Source: Myxococcota bacterium
Lineage (GTDB): Bacteria > Myxococcota_A > UBA9160 > SZUA-336
DNA: 64,000 nucleotides
Reading direction: 5' to 3'
NCBI GenBank assembly: GCA_965247115.1
Contig: CBDFGR010000002.1
Coordinates: 1,600,001-1,664,000, forward strand
Part shown: in pieces, positions 35,367 to 44,477 of the stretch
Numbering within the stretch: the first letter of the stretch is position 1
How the letters are laid out: each line of letters opens with the position of its first letter
Made by a program: the position numbers and the translations under genes
Notes under the pieces: generated by a model
The model's input: the letters and a program-made list of their open reading frames with translations, nothing else
Database searches by the model: none
What the model was told of the DNA's origin: nothing

Positions 35367-35882
35367 ATGGCAACGAAGGTTGCTCGGACTGGTATCAAGC
35401 GCGAGTCGGGGTATCTCTATTTCCTCGACAAGAAGGGCGACGTCTCGCGCGTCGCAATGGCTCGTGGCGGCGGCCGTCAGCCAAAGCCGCGGCCTCAGAA
35501 GGTCGCCAAGGCCGGCGTTGATAGAGAAGAGGGTTTCCTCTACTTCATCGACAGAGCAGGCGACGTGTGCAAGACGAGGATGGCTCGTCGGGGAGGCGGA
35601 CGTCGGCGCAAGGCTGCTCGCAAGGCGGCACCGCGTCGCAAGAAGACCGCCGCTCGCCGGAAGAAGGCCACGCGTCGGAAGAAGACAACTGCTCGAAAGA
35701 AGAAGGCGGGAGCGCGACGCAAGAAGGCAGTGCGCCGGAAGGCACCGCGCAAGAAGGCGACACGTCGCAAGAAGGTGACACGTCGCAAGAAGGCGGTACG
35801 CAAGCGGACGACCGCGAGACGCAAGCCGGCGCGCCGGAAGGCGGCTCGCAAGACGACTCGCCGCAAGACGGCTCGCCGCTAG
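35367..35882 (+). CDS. Histone-like protein: two CC1-like domains plus a Lys/Arg-rich H1-like tail
   Basis: Duplicated KVA(R/K)xG(I/V)xRExG(Y/F)LYF(L/I)D(K/R)xGDV...MAR unit, then about 95 aa of RRKKA repeats. Confidence 0.75.
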   Translation: MATKVARTGIKRESGYLYFLDKKGDVSRVAMARGGGRQPKPRPQKVAKAGVDREEGFLYFIDRAGDVCKTRMARRGGGRRRKAARKAAPRRKKTAARRKKATRRKKTTARKKKAGARRKKAVRRKAPRKKATRRKKVTRRKKAVRKRTTARRKPARRKAARKTTRRKTARR

Positions 35883-35892
35883 CGCACTGCGT

Positions 35893-35973
35893 CTCAGGCG
35901 CACCTTGTGCGCCTGAGTTCAAGGCCGCAAGAAGGTTGGGCATAGGGCGGGGGTAGCATCCGCTACCCCCGCC
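35893..35973. terminator. Two tandem GC-rich hairpins downstream of the histone-like gene
   Basis: CTCAGGCGCAC/GTGCGCCTGAG (35893-35917) and GGCGGGGGTAGC/GCTACCCCCGCC (35946-35973); no clear U-tract. Confidence 0.45.
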
Positions 35974-36015
35974 GCCCGCTTTCGGGCCGCACCGAGATCG
36001 TATAGGCTCGGCTGC

Positions 36016-36537
36016 ATGGAGCGGCTGGCGACCACGACGTACGAGTCACCGCTCGGAGAGCTTCGCATCGCGGTCACCGAGACGGGAGTCGTCAGAATTG
36101 CCTTGCCGCGTGCTGCAGGCCGCGGCTTCGCGGGCTGGCTGGAGCGTGAGTTACCCCGCGCCGAGGCGCTGGACTGGCTTCCCCCTCTCGACAAGATCCG
36201 CCGCGAGCTCGACGAGTACTTTGCGGGCCAGCGTCGGAGCTTCCAAGTTCCGCTGGACCTGCGTGGCACTGACTTCCAGCTGGACGTGTGGCGTTCGCTT
36301 TGCGAGATCCCCTTCGGCGAGACCTCGAGCTACGGAGAGGTCGCACGCTCCATCATGCGGCCCAGAGCCGCCCGCCCCGTCGGTGCCGCCAGCGGCGCCA
36401 ACCCCCTACCCATCCTCGTCCCCTGCCACCGCGTCATCGCCAGCGGCGGCAAACTGGGCGGCTACAGCGGCGGCCTCGACCTAAAACGCAAACTCCTCGC
36501 CCTCGAAAAAGCCACCCTCCCGCGCGGACTGCTCTAG
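36016..36537 (+). CDS. ogt: Methylated-DNA--protein-cysteine methyltransferase
   Basis: GTDFQLDVW, IPFGETSSYG, NPLPILVPCHRVI. Confidence 0.94.
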   Translation: MERLATTTYESPLGELRIAVTETGVVRIALPRAAGRGFAGWLERELPRAEALDWLPPLDKIRRELDEYFAGQRRSFQVPLDLRGTDFQLDVWRSLCEIPFGETSSYGEVARSIMRPRAARPVGAASGANPLPILVPCHRVIASGGKLGGYSGGLDLKRKLLALEKATLPRGLL

Positions 36538-36539
36538 AG

Positions 36540-36685
36540 GTCTTGTGGGACCCGGCGCGCGAGCGGTCGCGCGCAACCCGCCTCCGCTCAGGGGCGAGAT
36601 ATAACTTGGGGACGGTCCTTTTCCATAACTTCGGGACCGGAGCGCCTGGCAGAAGTTATAAGTTGAGGACCGTCCCCAAGTTATA
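36540..36685. repeat. Composite REP-like cluster: one family-A unit (inverted) plus a family-B inverted pair
   Basis: 36540-36581 is the revcomp of the family-A 3' part; family-B arms at 36600-36632 and 36652-36685. Confidence 0.85.
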
Positions 36686-36697
36686 GAGCCTTGGCGG

Positions 36698-37891
36698 TCA
36701 GACTCTTTCTAGGGCCTGGTCGACGTCCGCGAGGAGATCGTCGGCGTCTTCGACGCCGCAGGAGAAGCGGACGAGGTTGTCCTCGATGCCGAGCTTCGCG
36801 CGTTCCTCGGGGGACTGATCCCAGTACGATACGACCGTTGGCTGCTCGACGAGGGATTCTGTTCCACCCAGGCTGGGCGCGATGTACGGGATGCGCAGCG
36901 CGTCGACGAACTTCGAGGCGCTCTCCAGGCTGCCACGCACCTGGAAGCTGACCACGCCGCCGTAGCCTGACATCTGCGCGACGGCTACCTCGTGGTCGGG
37001 ATGACTCGGCAATCCGGGGTAGTGAACGCGCTCCACTGTGTGATGCCGCTCGAGAAACGCCGCGAGCTTCTCGGCGTTGCGGTTCGCGCGCTGCACTCGC
37101 AGGTCCAGGGTCTTGATGCCGCGGAGCAGCATGTACGCGGCGTGGGGATCGATCACGCCGCCCATGATCCCGTGCAGCTCTCGGATCGGAGCGATGCGGC
37201 CCTCACTGCCGAGCAGCGCCCCTGCCATCACGTCGTTGTGCCCAGCGAGGTACTTGGTGCCCGAGTGGAGCACGAGGTCTGCGCCCAGCGAAAGGGCCTG
37301 CTGGTTGATGGGCGAGGCAAAGGTCGAGTCGATCACGACCAGGGTGCCCGCCGCGTGGCATAGCTCGGCGACCCGCGGGATGTCGACGACCCGCAGGTAG
37401 GGATTCGTAGGCGACTCCGAGAAGAAGAGCGTGGGACCTGCCTCGAGCGCTTGCTCGAGCCCTCCGAGGTCGGCCGGATCGATCACGGTCGCCTCGACTC
37501 CGAGCTTGGGGAGCACCGTCGCGATGAATTGCCGGGTGCGTCGGTAGCAGTCGAGGGTAGTCACGAGGCGCCCGTTCCGCGGCAAGAGTGCGAGGAGCAG
37601 GGTGGTCATCGAGTTCATGCCCGAGGCGGAGACCAGACAGGCCTCCGCGCCTTCGAGCTCCATCAGCTTCTGTTCTGCCGCGCGCACCGTGGGGTTGCCG
37701 TAGCGACCGTACTCGAAGCTGCTGCGGCGGCCCTCCTGGTAGTCGATCACCTCCTGGGTGTCGCGAAACCAGTAGGTAGCCGTCTGGACGATCGGGGTCG
37801 TCAGGGCATCCGAAACTCGGGGCCGGCCCTCGCGCTCGCCACCGTGGACGGCGCGGGTCGAGCTACCGGGGGGGTGCTTGGGCTTCGACAT
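36698..37891 (-). CDS. metB: Cystathionine gamma-synthase (PLP trans-sulfuration family)
   Basis: EYGRYGNPT, SESPTNP, DSTFASP, HSGTKYLAGHNDV, APSLGGTESL. Confidence 0.88.
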   Translation of the reverse strand: MSKPKHPPGSSTRAVHGGEREGRPRVSDALTTPIVQTATYWFRDTQEVIDYQEGRRSSFEYGRYGNPTVRAAEQKLMELEGAEACLVSASGMNSMTTLLLALLPRNGRLVTTLDCYRRTRQFIATVLPKLGVEATVIDPADLGGLEQALEAGPTLFFSESPTNPYLRVVDIPRVAELCHAAGTLVVIDSTFASPINQQALSLGADLVLHSGTKYLAGHNDVMAGALLGSEGRIAPIRELHGIMGGVIDPHAAYMLLRGIKTLDLRVQRANRNAEKLAAFLERHHTVERVHYPGLPSHPDHEVAVAQMSGYGGVVSFQVRGSLESASKFVDALRIPYIAPSLGGTESLVEQPTVVSYWDQSPEERAKLGIEDNLVRFSCGVEDADDLLADVDQALERV

Positions 37892-37928
37892 CTGGAGCGG
37901 CCGAGCTTACCTCCGCTCCGAGGGACGG

Positions 37929-38810
37929 TCAAACCTTCAGGGTGACGCGCACTTGCGTGATTCGGTCCAGGATCTCCCCGCACTCGGCCCGCCCCATCCG
38001 GAGCGCTCCTCGGCCCCTGCCCAGCTCCACGCTCGGCTGCTCGGAGCCGTGGAAGTCGCTGCCTCCGGTGGCCACCAGCCCCCACCGTCGGACCAGGCGC
38101 CGGATCCTTCGCGACTGGCCGGGATGCTGGCTCGGGTGCCAGACCTCGAGGGCGTCGAGTCCCGACGCTACCAGCTCCTCCACGAAGCTCTCCAGACCGC
38201 CAGGCGCGTCGATCCCGATCGACCGCAGCGGGTGCGCAAGCGAGGCGATGCCGCCAGCTGCGTGGATCAGGGAGATCGCACGCTCTGCCGTCAGGCCGGG
38301 CTGCACCACGAAGGCAGGGCGCCCCAGACGCAGGAAGCGCCCGAAGGCCTCGTTGGTGCTGGCGCACACGCCCGCCTCGACCAGGGCCCTGGCCACGTGG
38401 GGCCTTCCGAGCGAGCCCTCGCCTGCGATCTCCTCGAGCCTCTGGCGCGAAAGCTCGATCCCCAGCCCGCGCAGTCGCTCGAGAATCTCGAGCCCGCGCC
38501 GCGCGCGGGCGCGGCCCAGCTCGGATACGCACTTGCGCAGGGGCTCGTGCTGCGGATCGACGCCGAGCCCCAGGATGTGCATCTGTCGGCGACCCTCAGC
38601 CTCGATCACGGAGACCTCGATGCCCGGGATGACTCGCACCCCGAGCTCGCTGCCGCGCTCCGTGGCCTCGGCCACCCCCGCTACCTCGTCGTGGTCGGTC
38701 AGGGCGAACAGGTCGACTCCCGCCGCGTGGGCCCGCTCGGCGACGGCGCGCGGCGTGAGCGTGCCGTCGGAGAGCGTCGAGTGGACGTGGAAGTCGCCGC
38801 GGAAACTCAT
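37929..38810 (-). CDS. PHP-domain phosphoesterase
   Basis: DFHVHSTLSDG, ALTDHD, GRPHVA, LAHP, TGGSDFHG. Confidence 0.9.
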   Translation of the reverse strand: MSFRGDFHVHSTLSDGTLTPRAVAERAHAAGVDLFALTDHDEVAGVAEATERGSELGVRVIPGIEVSVIEAEGRRQMHILGLGVDPQHEPLRKCVSELGRARARRGLEILERLRGLGIELSRQRLEEIAGEGSLGRPHVARALVEAGVCASTNEAFGRFLRLGRPAFVVQPGLTAERAISLIHAAGGIASLAHPLRSIGIDAPGGLESFVEELVASGLDALEVWHPSQHPGQSRRIRRLVRRWGLVATGGSDFHGSEQPSVELGRGRGALRMGRAECGEILDRITQVRVTLKV

Positions 38811-38823
38811 ACCCGCCAGAACA

Positions 38824-39753
38824 CTAGACGTAGCTCGCGGACCAGTCCGCAAGCCGCCCCAGGAAGAGCTCAACCACGTCGTTGCTCTTGACCTCGTCTG
38901 CGTAGAGCACCTGAGGCCCATCGAGCTCCGGCCGCGCGCACATCCGGCCCCGCTCCGATCCCTCGCTGAAGGTCACGTCGATGACGTGTTTCTGGTAGCG
39001 GAAGAGCTCGCTGCAAGCGGCCGCCGCGATCGCGCAGGGATCGTGTAGCAGCGCCATGAGCTCACCCTGTACGGGTAGCTCCGCTCGCATCAGTCGCGAG
39101 AGCACCTCGGACAGGAAACGTCCCATGCGGCCAGACCCGAACGGGTCAGGAGGCAGTGCGTGCGCCCGCACCGCCACCGAGCGCGTCACGTCCAGCCCGA
39201 GCACGCGCACTGCCAGGCCCGACCCGAGGACGATCGAGGCCGCCTCGGGGTCGGCATAGCAGTTGAACTCGGCCGCACCGGTCACGTTTCCCTCGGACAG
39301 CGTCCCTCCCATCCAGACGATCTCGGCGGCTTCAAAGAGCGCCCGGTCCTGGCGCACCAGTCGCGCCAGGTTGGTAAGCGGCCCGATCGCCACGACCTGC
39401 TGCACTCCGCGCTCCACCAGGCTGTGGCGCAGGACTTCGGACGCATCGGGAAGCTCTCGCTGGTCCGCCGGCGGGAGATCGATGCCTCCGCGTCCGTCGT
39501 CGCCGTGGAACCTCTCTGCGGTCACGGCCGACAGCGACAGAGGTGCGCTCGCGCCGCGCCCGATCGGAATCTCGAGCCCTGCCAGCGCCAGAAAGCGCTG
39601 GAGGTTGTCGGTCACGACCTCCACGGAGGCATTCCCCGCGACGCTCGTGAGGCCCTCGACCCGGAGCTCCGGCGAGGCCAACGCGAAGGCGAGTGCGAGC
39701 AGGTCGTCGAGGCCGGGATCCGTGTCGACGTGGATGCGCCGAACCAGACTCAC
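38824..39753 (-). CDS. Nucleoside hydrolase (IU-NH family)
   Basis: DTDPGLDDLLAL, GPLTN, WMGG, AEFNCYADPEAA, LHDP; GTG overlaps the upstream stop. Confidence 0.9.
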   Translation of the reverse strand: MSLVRRIHVDTDPGLDDLLALAFALASPELRVEGLTSVAGNASVEVVTDNLQRFLALAGLEIPIGRGASAPLSLSAVTAERFHGDDGRGGIDLPPADQRELPDASEVLRHSLVERGVQQVVAIGPLTNLARLVRQDRALFEAAEIVWMGGTLSEGNVTGAAEFNCYADPEAASIVLGSGLAVRVLGLDVTRSVAVRAHALPPDPFGSGRMGRFLSEVLSRLMRAELPVQGELMALLHDPCAIAAAACSELFRYQKHVIDVTFSEGSERGRMCARPELDGPQVLYADEVKSNDVVELFLGRLADWSASYV

Positions 39754-40610
39754 GGCAGCTCGCGAGGGTACCCCGCCTCCTCGAGATGACCCTGGATGAC
39801 CAGCCGGTGGCGGCGTCGATACTCCGCCTCGGTGACGAAGCCCGAACGGCGTGCGGCGTCCAGCTCGTCGATCGCCCGCAGCTGGGCGTTGCTGAGCTCC
39901 TCTGGCGAGGGTAGCTCGAGTGCGATGCTCTCGAGCTCCTCCTCGCTCATCTCCATCAGGATGGTGCGCCGGCGAGTCTGCCCGAAGCGCGCGCGCAGAC
40001 TGACTGGCTTCGCGTAGTAGGAGCTGCGCCACTCCACTGCGACCCCGCGCGCTCCGTGTTGCAGCTGCGCCTCGCCCGGGACCAGGTGGAACGTGGCCCG
40101 CCCGCTCGGGACCTCGAGGGGGATCGTGTAGCTGCGGCCCTCGTGGGCCTTGTTGCCTTCGTGGGGGACGACCTCCTCGATCGCGAAGAACTCGACCACG
40201 AGCAGATCGCTCTGCAGTGAGGCGCGGAAGGACGTGACCCGCTCCTCGGTGAAGATGCTGAGCCTGCGGTCGCGGGAGTGGGCGGCCGCCACGATCTCGG
40301 CATCGGGGCCGGCCAGCTCGAATGCCCTGGAGAGACCCTCTGCGAGCTCGTAGACGTGCTCCGTGCGAATCGTCGGTTGGGCCGCCCCTGTGCCCGGCGT
40401 GTGCGAGAAGCTGGCCAGGATGTGGGCCAGCCGGACGTCCGCGATGATGGCCGGCTGATCGTAATTCCGCCGGACGAGCTCTCCCTTGACCTCCGTCTGG
40501 CGGATCTCGACGTGGACGAGGTCGTTCTTCACGACCTCCTGCCGGATTACCTTGGGGCCGCATGCGGCGAGAAAGATCGGCACCGCGAGGACGGCTGCGG
40601 GTACGCGCAT
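39750..40610 (-). CDS. Hypothetical lipoprotein with C-terminal SHOCT-like motif
   Basis: Lipobox LAAC; C-terminal LDAARRSGFVTEAEYRRR. Confidence 0.65.
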   Translation of the reverse strand: MRVPAAVLAVPIFLAACGPKVIRQEVVKNDLVHVEIRQTEVKGELVRRNYDQPAIIADVRLAHILASFSHTPGTGAAQPTIRTEHVYELAEGLSRAFELAGPDAEIVAAAHSRDRRLSIFTEERVTSFRASLQSDLLVVEFFAIEEVVPHEGNKAHEGRSYTIPLEVPSGRATFHLVPGEAQLQHGARGVAVEWRSSYYAKPVSLRARFGQTRRRTILMEMSEEELESIALELPSPEELSNAQLRAIDELDAARRSGFVTEAEYRRRHRLVIQGHLEEAGYPRELP

Positions 40611-40772
40611 GGCGGGAAGGTAGTGAATCCCCGGTGCTACTCGTATTCGCTCTTGAGCTGGCGCGTGACGAGCTCCTGGACCCACAGTCCCGAAGCTTCC
40701 CGCGCCCAGTACCGCGTAGCCGACGGGGTTCGAAGTCCGGCATGACGGGAGCACATGCGCCTCGTTGGCCCG

Positions 40773-40801
40773 TTGACAGTGAGCGGGCGGGCTCCTAGCA
40801 T
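40773..40801 (+). promoter_or_regulatory. Sigma70 promoter of the nuo operon
   Basis: TTGACA-17 bp-TAGCAT upstream of nuoA. Confidence 0.6.
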
Positions 40802-40844
40802 TCGGCCGCTTTTCCCCCCAAAAACAGGCGTTTCCGAGGGTGCG

Positions 40845-41198
40845 ATGAGCGAATATGCGGGTCTTGGCCTGTTCATGCTGCTGGGCGCTGGCTTCGTGCT
40901 GATGTTGCTGGTTCTGACGAGCATCCTCGGTCCAAAGCTCCGCTTCGCAGAGAAGCAGGAGCCCTTCGAGTGCGGTGAACACCAAATTGTGTCTCCGTAC
41001 CAGCGTTTCAACATCAAGTTCTACATGGTCGCTGTCTCGTTCATCATTTTCGACGTCGAAGTGGTCTTCCTCTACCCATGGGCGGTCGTATTCCGGGACC
41101 TGGGCTGGTACGGCTTCGTAGTGATGCTGCCGTTCCTTGGCGTGCTCGCGCTCGGTCTCGCCTACGAGTGGTTGAAGGGCGGTCTCGAGTGGGAGTAG
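40845..41198 (+). CDS. nuoA: NADH-quinone oxidoreductase subunit A
   Basis: PFECG, FYMVAVSFIIFDVEVVFLYPWA, YEWLKGGLEW. Confidence 0.96.
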   Translation: MSEYAGLGLFMLLGAGFVLMLLVLTSILGPKLRFAEKQEPFECGEHQIVSPYQRFNIKFYMVAVSFIIFDVEVVFLYPWAVVFRDLGWYGFVVMLPFLGVLALGLAYEWLKGGLEWE

Positions 41199-41202
41199 GG
41201 GC

Positions 41203-41664
41203 TTGAGGCCGGAGACCCGCGAGCAGATCGAGTCCCTGTTCGACAGCTATCCGCAGAAGCGCGGCGCTCTGCTCCCTGCAATCTATGCGCTGCAGGCCGA
41301 GAAGGGTCACGTCGACGCGGAGGGCGCGCGCGAGCTGGCCGAGCTCTTCGAGCTCCAGCCCGTGCAGGTCTGGGAGGTGCTCACCTTCTACAACATGTTC
41401 TACACGTCGCCACAGGGTCGACATCACGTCTACGTCTGCACGAATCTGCCCTGCAGCCTGCGCGGGGGTCGCAGCCTCTTGAAGGGGCTGGAGTCGCACC
41501 TCGGCGTTCGCGCCGGTCAGACGACGCCGGATGGACGAATCACCCTCGGTCACGAGGAGTGCCTTGGCTCGTGCGGAACGGCGCCTGTGCTGCGCATCGA
41601 CGGACGCTTCGTCGAGAGCGTCGATCTCGGAGCCGCCTGCGAAGTCGTGGACACCCTGGAGTAG
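41203..41664 (+). CDS. nuoE: NADH-quinone oxidoreductase subunit E
   Basis: TFYNMF, CTNLPC, ECLGSC 2Fe-2S ligands; TTG start. Confidence 0.94.
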   Translation: MRPETREQIESLFDSYPQKRGALLPAIYALQAEKGHVDAEGARELAELFELQPVQVWEVLTFYNMFYTSPQGRHHVYVCTNLPCSLRGGRSLLKGLESHLGVRAGQTTPDGRITLGHEECLGSCGTAPVLRIDGRFVESVDLGAACEVVDTLE

Positions 41665-41667
41665 CCG

Positions 41668-42960
41668 TTGCTCACCGAGCCCTACGTCAAGCACTACCTC
41701 TCAGAGCACTACGGCGACGCCGCGTATGGGACGCTCGCTGGTTTCGAGAGTCACGACGGCTTCGCCGGACTGCGCAAGGCCGTCGACATGGACCCCGCCG
41801 ACGTGGTCGAGCTCGTCAAGGATGCGGGCTTGCGGGGCCGCGGTGGGGCGGGCTTCTCCACTGGTCTGAAGTGGAGCTTCATGTCCGGCCCCAGCGAGCG
41901 CCCGAAGCTGCTGATCGCGAACGGTGACGAGTCCGAGCCCGGCTCGTTCAAGGACCGCCTCATCATGGAGCGGGGGCCGCTCCAGATCCTGGAAGGTATC
42001 CTGATTGCCGCCTGGGCCACCGGCGCAGAGCAGAGCTTCATCTACGTTCGCGGGGAGTCCGCGCTCGCCATCGAGCGTGTCCGGGCCGCCGTGGATGCGG
42101 CCCGGGAGGCTGACTACCTCGGGAGCAACATTCTCGGCAAGAAGGGCTTCGATCACGAGATCGTCGTCCACGTTGGCGCGGGCGCCTATATCTGTGGCGA
42201 CGAGACCGGGCTGCTCGAATCGCTCGAGGGGAAGAAGGGTCAGCCGCGCAAGAAGCCCCCCTTTCCCGCCCAGTTCGGCGCCTTCGGTCTGCCCTCGACG
42301 GTGAACAACGTGGAGACCTTCGCGCACGTCGGCTTCGTGCTAAACCGGGGAGCCGAGTGGTTCCGGAGCATCGGCACCGACAAGAGCCCTGGTACCACCC
42401 TCTTTGGAGTGTCGGGCCACGTCGAGCGGCCGGGCCTCTACGAGTTCCCGCTGGGGACGCCGCTACGCGAGCTGATCGAGCAGGCTGGTGGGGTGCGCGG
42501 GGGACGCGCGCTAAAGGGTGTCATGCCCGGCGGGATGTCGATGGCCATCCTGCCCCCGGCGGATCTCGACGTTGGCATGGCGGAGGAATTCCTGAGCGAG
42601 CGCAGCACCCATCTCGGTACGGGTGGGGTGATGGTCATGGATGAGACCGCCTGCATGGTGCGGGTCGGCTGCGTCGTCAGCAGCTTCTTCCGGGACGAGT
42701 CCTGCGGCCAGTGCACGCAGTGCCGCGAGGGCACGGGCTGGATCAACAAGATCTGCGAGCGCATCGAGGCTGGGCGCGGCGTTCCCGCGGATCTCGAGCT
42801 GCTCGACAGCGTCCCGGCCATGCTGGAAGGCCAGACGATCTGCGGCTTCTCCGACGCGGCCGCCTGGCCCATCCAGGGTTTGTTGCGCCACTTCCGGGAG
42901 GACTTCGAGGGGCACATCGCCGAGCACAAGTGCCCCTTTGCCGAGAGCTTCGAGCTGTAG
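41668..42960 (+). CDS. nuoF: NADH-quinone oxidoreductase subunit F
   Basis: GLRGRGGAGF, DESEPG, GAGAYICG, ESCGQCTQCREG. Confidence 0.96.
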   Translation: MLTEPYVKHYLSEHYGDAAYGTLAGFESHDGFAGLRKAVDMDPADVVELVKDAGLRGRGGAGFSTGLKWSFMSGPSERPKLLIANGDESEPGSFKDRLIMERGPLQILEGILIAAWATGAEQSFIYVRGESALAIERVRAAVDAAREADYLGSNILGKKGFDHEIVVHVGAGAYICGDETGLLESLEGKKGQPRKKPPFPAQFGAFGLPSTVNNVETFAHVGFVLNRGAEWFRSIGTDKSPGTTLFGVSGHVERPGLYEFPLGTPLRELIEQAGGVRGGRALKGVMPGGMSMAILPPADLDVGMAEEFLSERSTHLGTGGVMVMDETACMVRVGCVVSSFFRDESCGQCTQCREGTGWINKICERIEAGRGVPADLELLDSVPAMLEGQTICGFSDAAAWPIQGLLRHFREDFEGHIAEHKCPFAESFEL

Positions 42961-42962
42961 CG

Positions 42963-44477
42963 ATGCCCACCATCACGATCGACGAGGCGGAGTACGAGGT
43001 CGCGGAAGGCCGCACGATACTGCAAGCGATCGACGACCTTGGCCTCTTGATGAGCGGCGTCGATATCCCGCACTACTGCTGGCATCCCAAGCTGTCGATC
43101 GACGGCTCGTGCCGCATGTGCCAGGTGGAGATCGAGGGCAACCCCAAGCTCCAGATCGCCTGCAACACCCCTGTGCGGGACGGCATGGTTGTGCGAACGA
43201 AGAGCGAGTGGGTGAAAAAGGCACGCGAGGGGGTGCTCGAGCTCCTGCTGCTGAACCATCCGCTCGACTGTCCCATCTGCGATCAGGCGGGCGAGTGCTC
43301 GCTTCAGGATTACGCGTTCGACTACGGGATCGAAGGAGCCCGCACCATCGAGCCGCGCCGCCCGGCCAAGAAAGCCGTCGACCTCGGTCAAACGATCGTC
43401 TTCGACCAGGAGCGCTGCATCCTGTGTCGACGCTGCGTTCGTTTCTGCCAGGAGATTCCCGGCACCGGCGAGCTCGGCGTGTTCCAGCGCGGCGACGAGT
43501 CGGCCCTCGAGGTCTTTCCCGGTGCGCAGCTCGACAACGCCTACTCGATGAACGTGGCGGACATCTGCCCTGTCGGTGCGCTCACGACCAAGGACTTTCG
43601 TTTCAAGGTCCGCGTCTGGTTCCTGGACGACGTGGAGAGTGTCTGCGCGGGCTGCTCGAACGGGTGCAACATCTGGGCCTCGCGCTCGAACAACAAGGTC
43701 TATCGCTACCTGCCGCGCCGCAACGACTCCGTGAACGACACCTGGATGTGCGACGAAGGTCGACTCTCGTACCTGGCGATTGGCACGGAGCGCCTGAAGG
43801 AGCCCAGTCTGGGGGGGCAGCCGAGCGCGTACGATGCGGCGCTGGCCCGGGCTGGAGAGCTGCTCCGCGAGGCCAGGGAGTCCGGCGCGCGGATCGTCGG
43901 TGTTGCCTCGCCCTTCGCCGCGAACGAGGACCTGTTTGTGCTCCGTCAGCTGCTGGTGGAGCTGGGCGCAGAGCCGGCGGTCTACGCTGTCCCGAGCGGC
44001 GAGGCAGACGAGCTCCTGATCAAGGCGGACAAGGCTCCGAACGCGGCCGGTGCGGCGGCGCTCGGCTTCGAGCGGGGGGAGACGATCGGGAAGGCGGGCC
44101 TCGCGCTCGTGCTCGGCCACGCCGTTTCGGCGGACGCGTTCCGGGACACGGACGAGCTCGTCCTGATCGACACGCATCACTCAGAGCTCGAGTCGCTCGC
44201 CAGCGTGGTACTTCCCGCCAGACACGTGACCGAGAAGGCGGGGACCTTCACCAATCACGCGCGGCGCGTGCAGCGCTTTGCCCCGGTCGTGGAGCCCACC
44301 TGGGAGGCCTGGCCCGAGGGCAGCTTGCTGCAGCAGATCGCGAGCGCCGCCGGACTCGATGGCTGGAGCGAGCGCTACGACGTACGCGCCGTGTCGAGGC
44401 GACTCTCCGAGGAGATCGGCGCGTTTGACGGGATCCATCTGGACTCACTCGACGATCAGGGGCGCGAGCTGGCGTAG
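42963..44477 (+). CDS. nuoG: NADH-quinone oxidoreductase subunit G (short form)
   Basis: IPHYCWHP, GSCRMC, NHPLDCPICDQAGEC, RCILCRRCVRFC, CAGCSNGC. Confidence 0.92.
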   Translation: MPTITIDEAEYEVAEGRTILQAIDDLGLLMSGVDIPHYCWHPKLSIDGSCRMCQVEIEGNPKLQIACNTPVRDGMVVRTKSEWVKKAREGVLELLLLNHPLDCPICDQAGECSLQDYAFDYGIEGARTIEPRRPAKKAVDLGQTIVFDQERCILCRRCVRFCQEIPGTGELGVFQRGDESALEVFPGAQLDNAYSMNVADICPVGALTTKDFRFKVRVWFLDDVESVCAGCSNGCNIWASRSNNKVYRYLPRRNDSVNDTWMCDEGRLSYLAIGTERLKEPSLGGQPSAYDAALARAGELLREARESGARIVGVASPFAANEDLFVLRQLLVELGAEPAVYAVPSGEADELLIKADKAPNAAGAAALGFERGETIGKAGLALVLGHAVSADAFRDTDELVLIDTHHSELESLASVVLPARHVTEKAGTFTNHARRVQRFAPVVEPTWEAWPEGSLLQQIASAAGLDGWSERYDVRAVSRRLSEEIGAFDGIHLDSLDDQGRELA

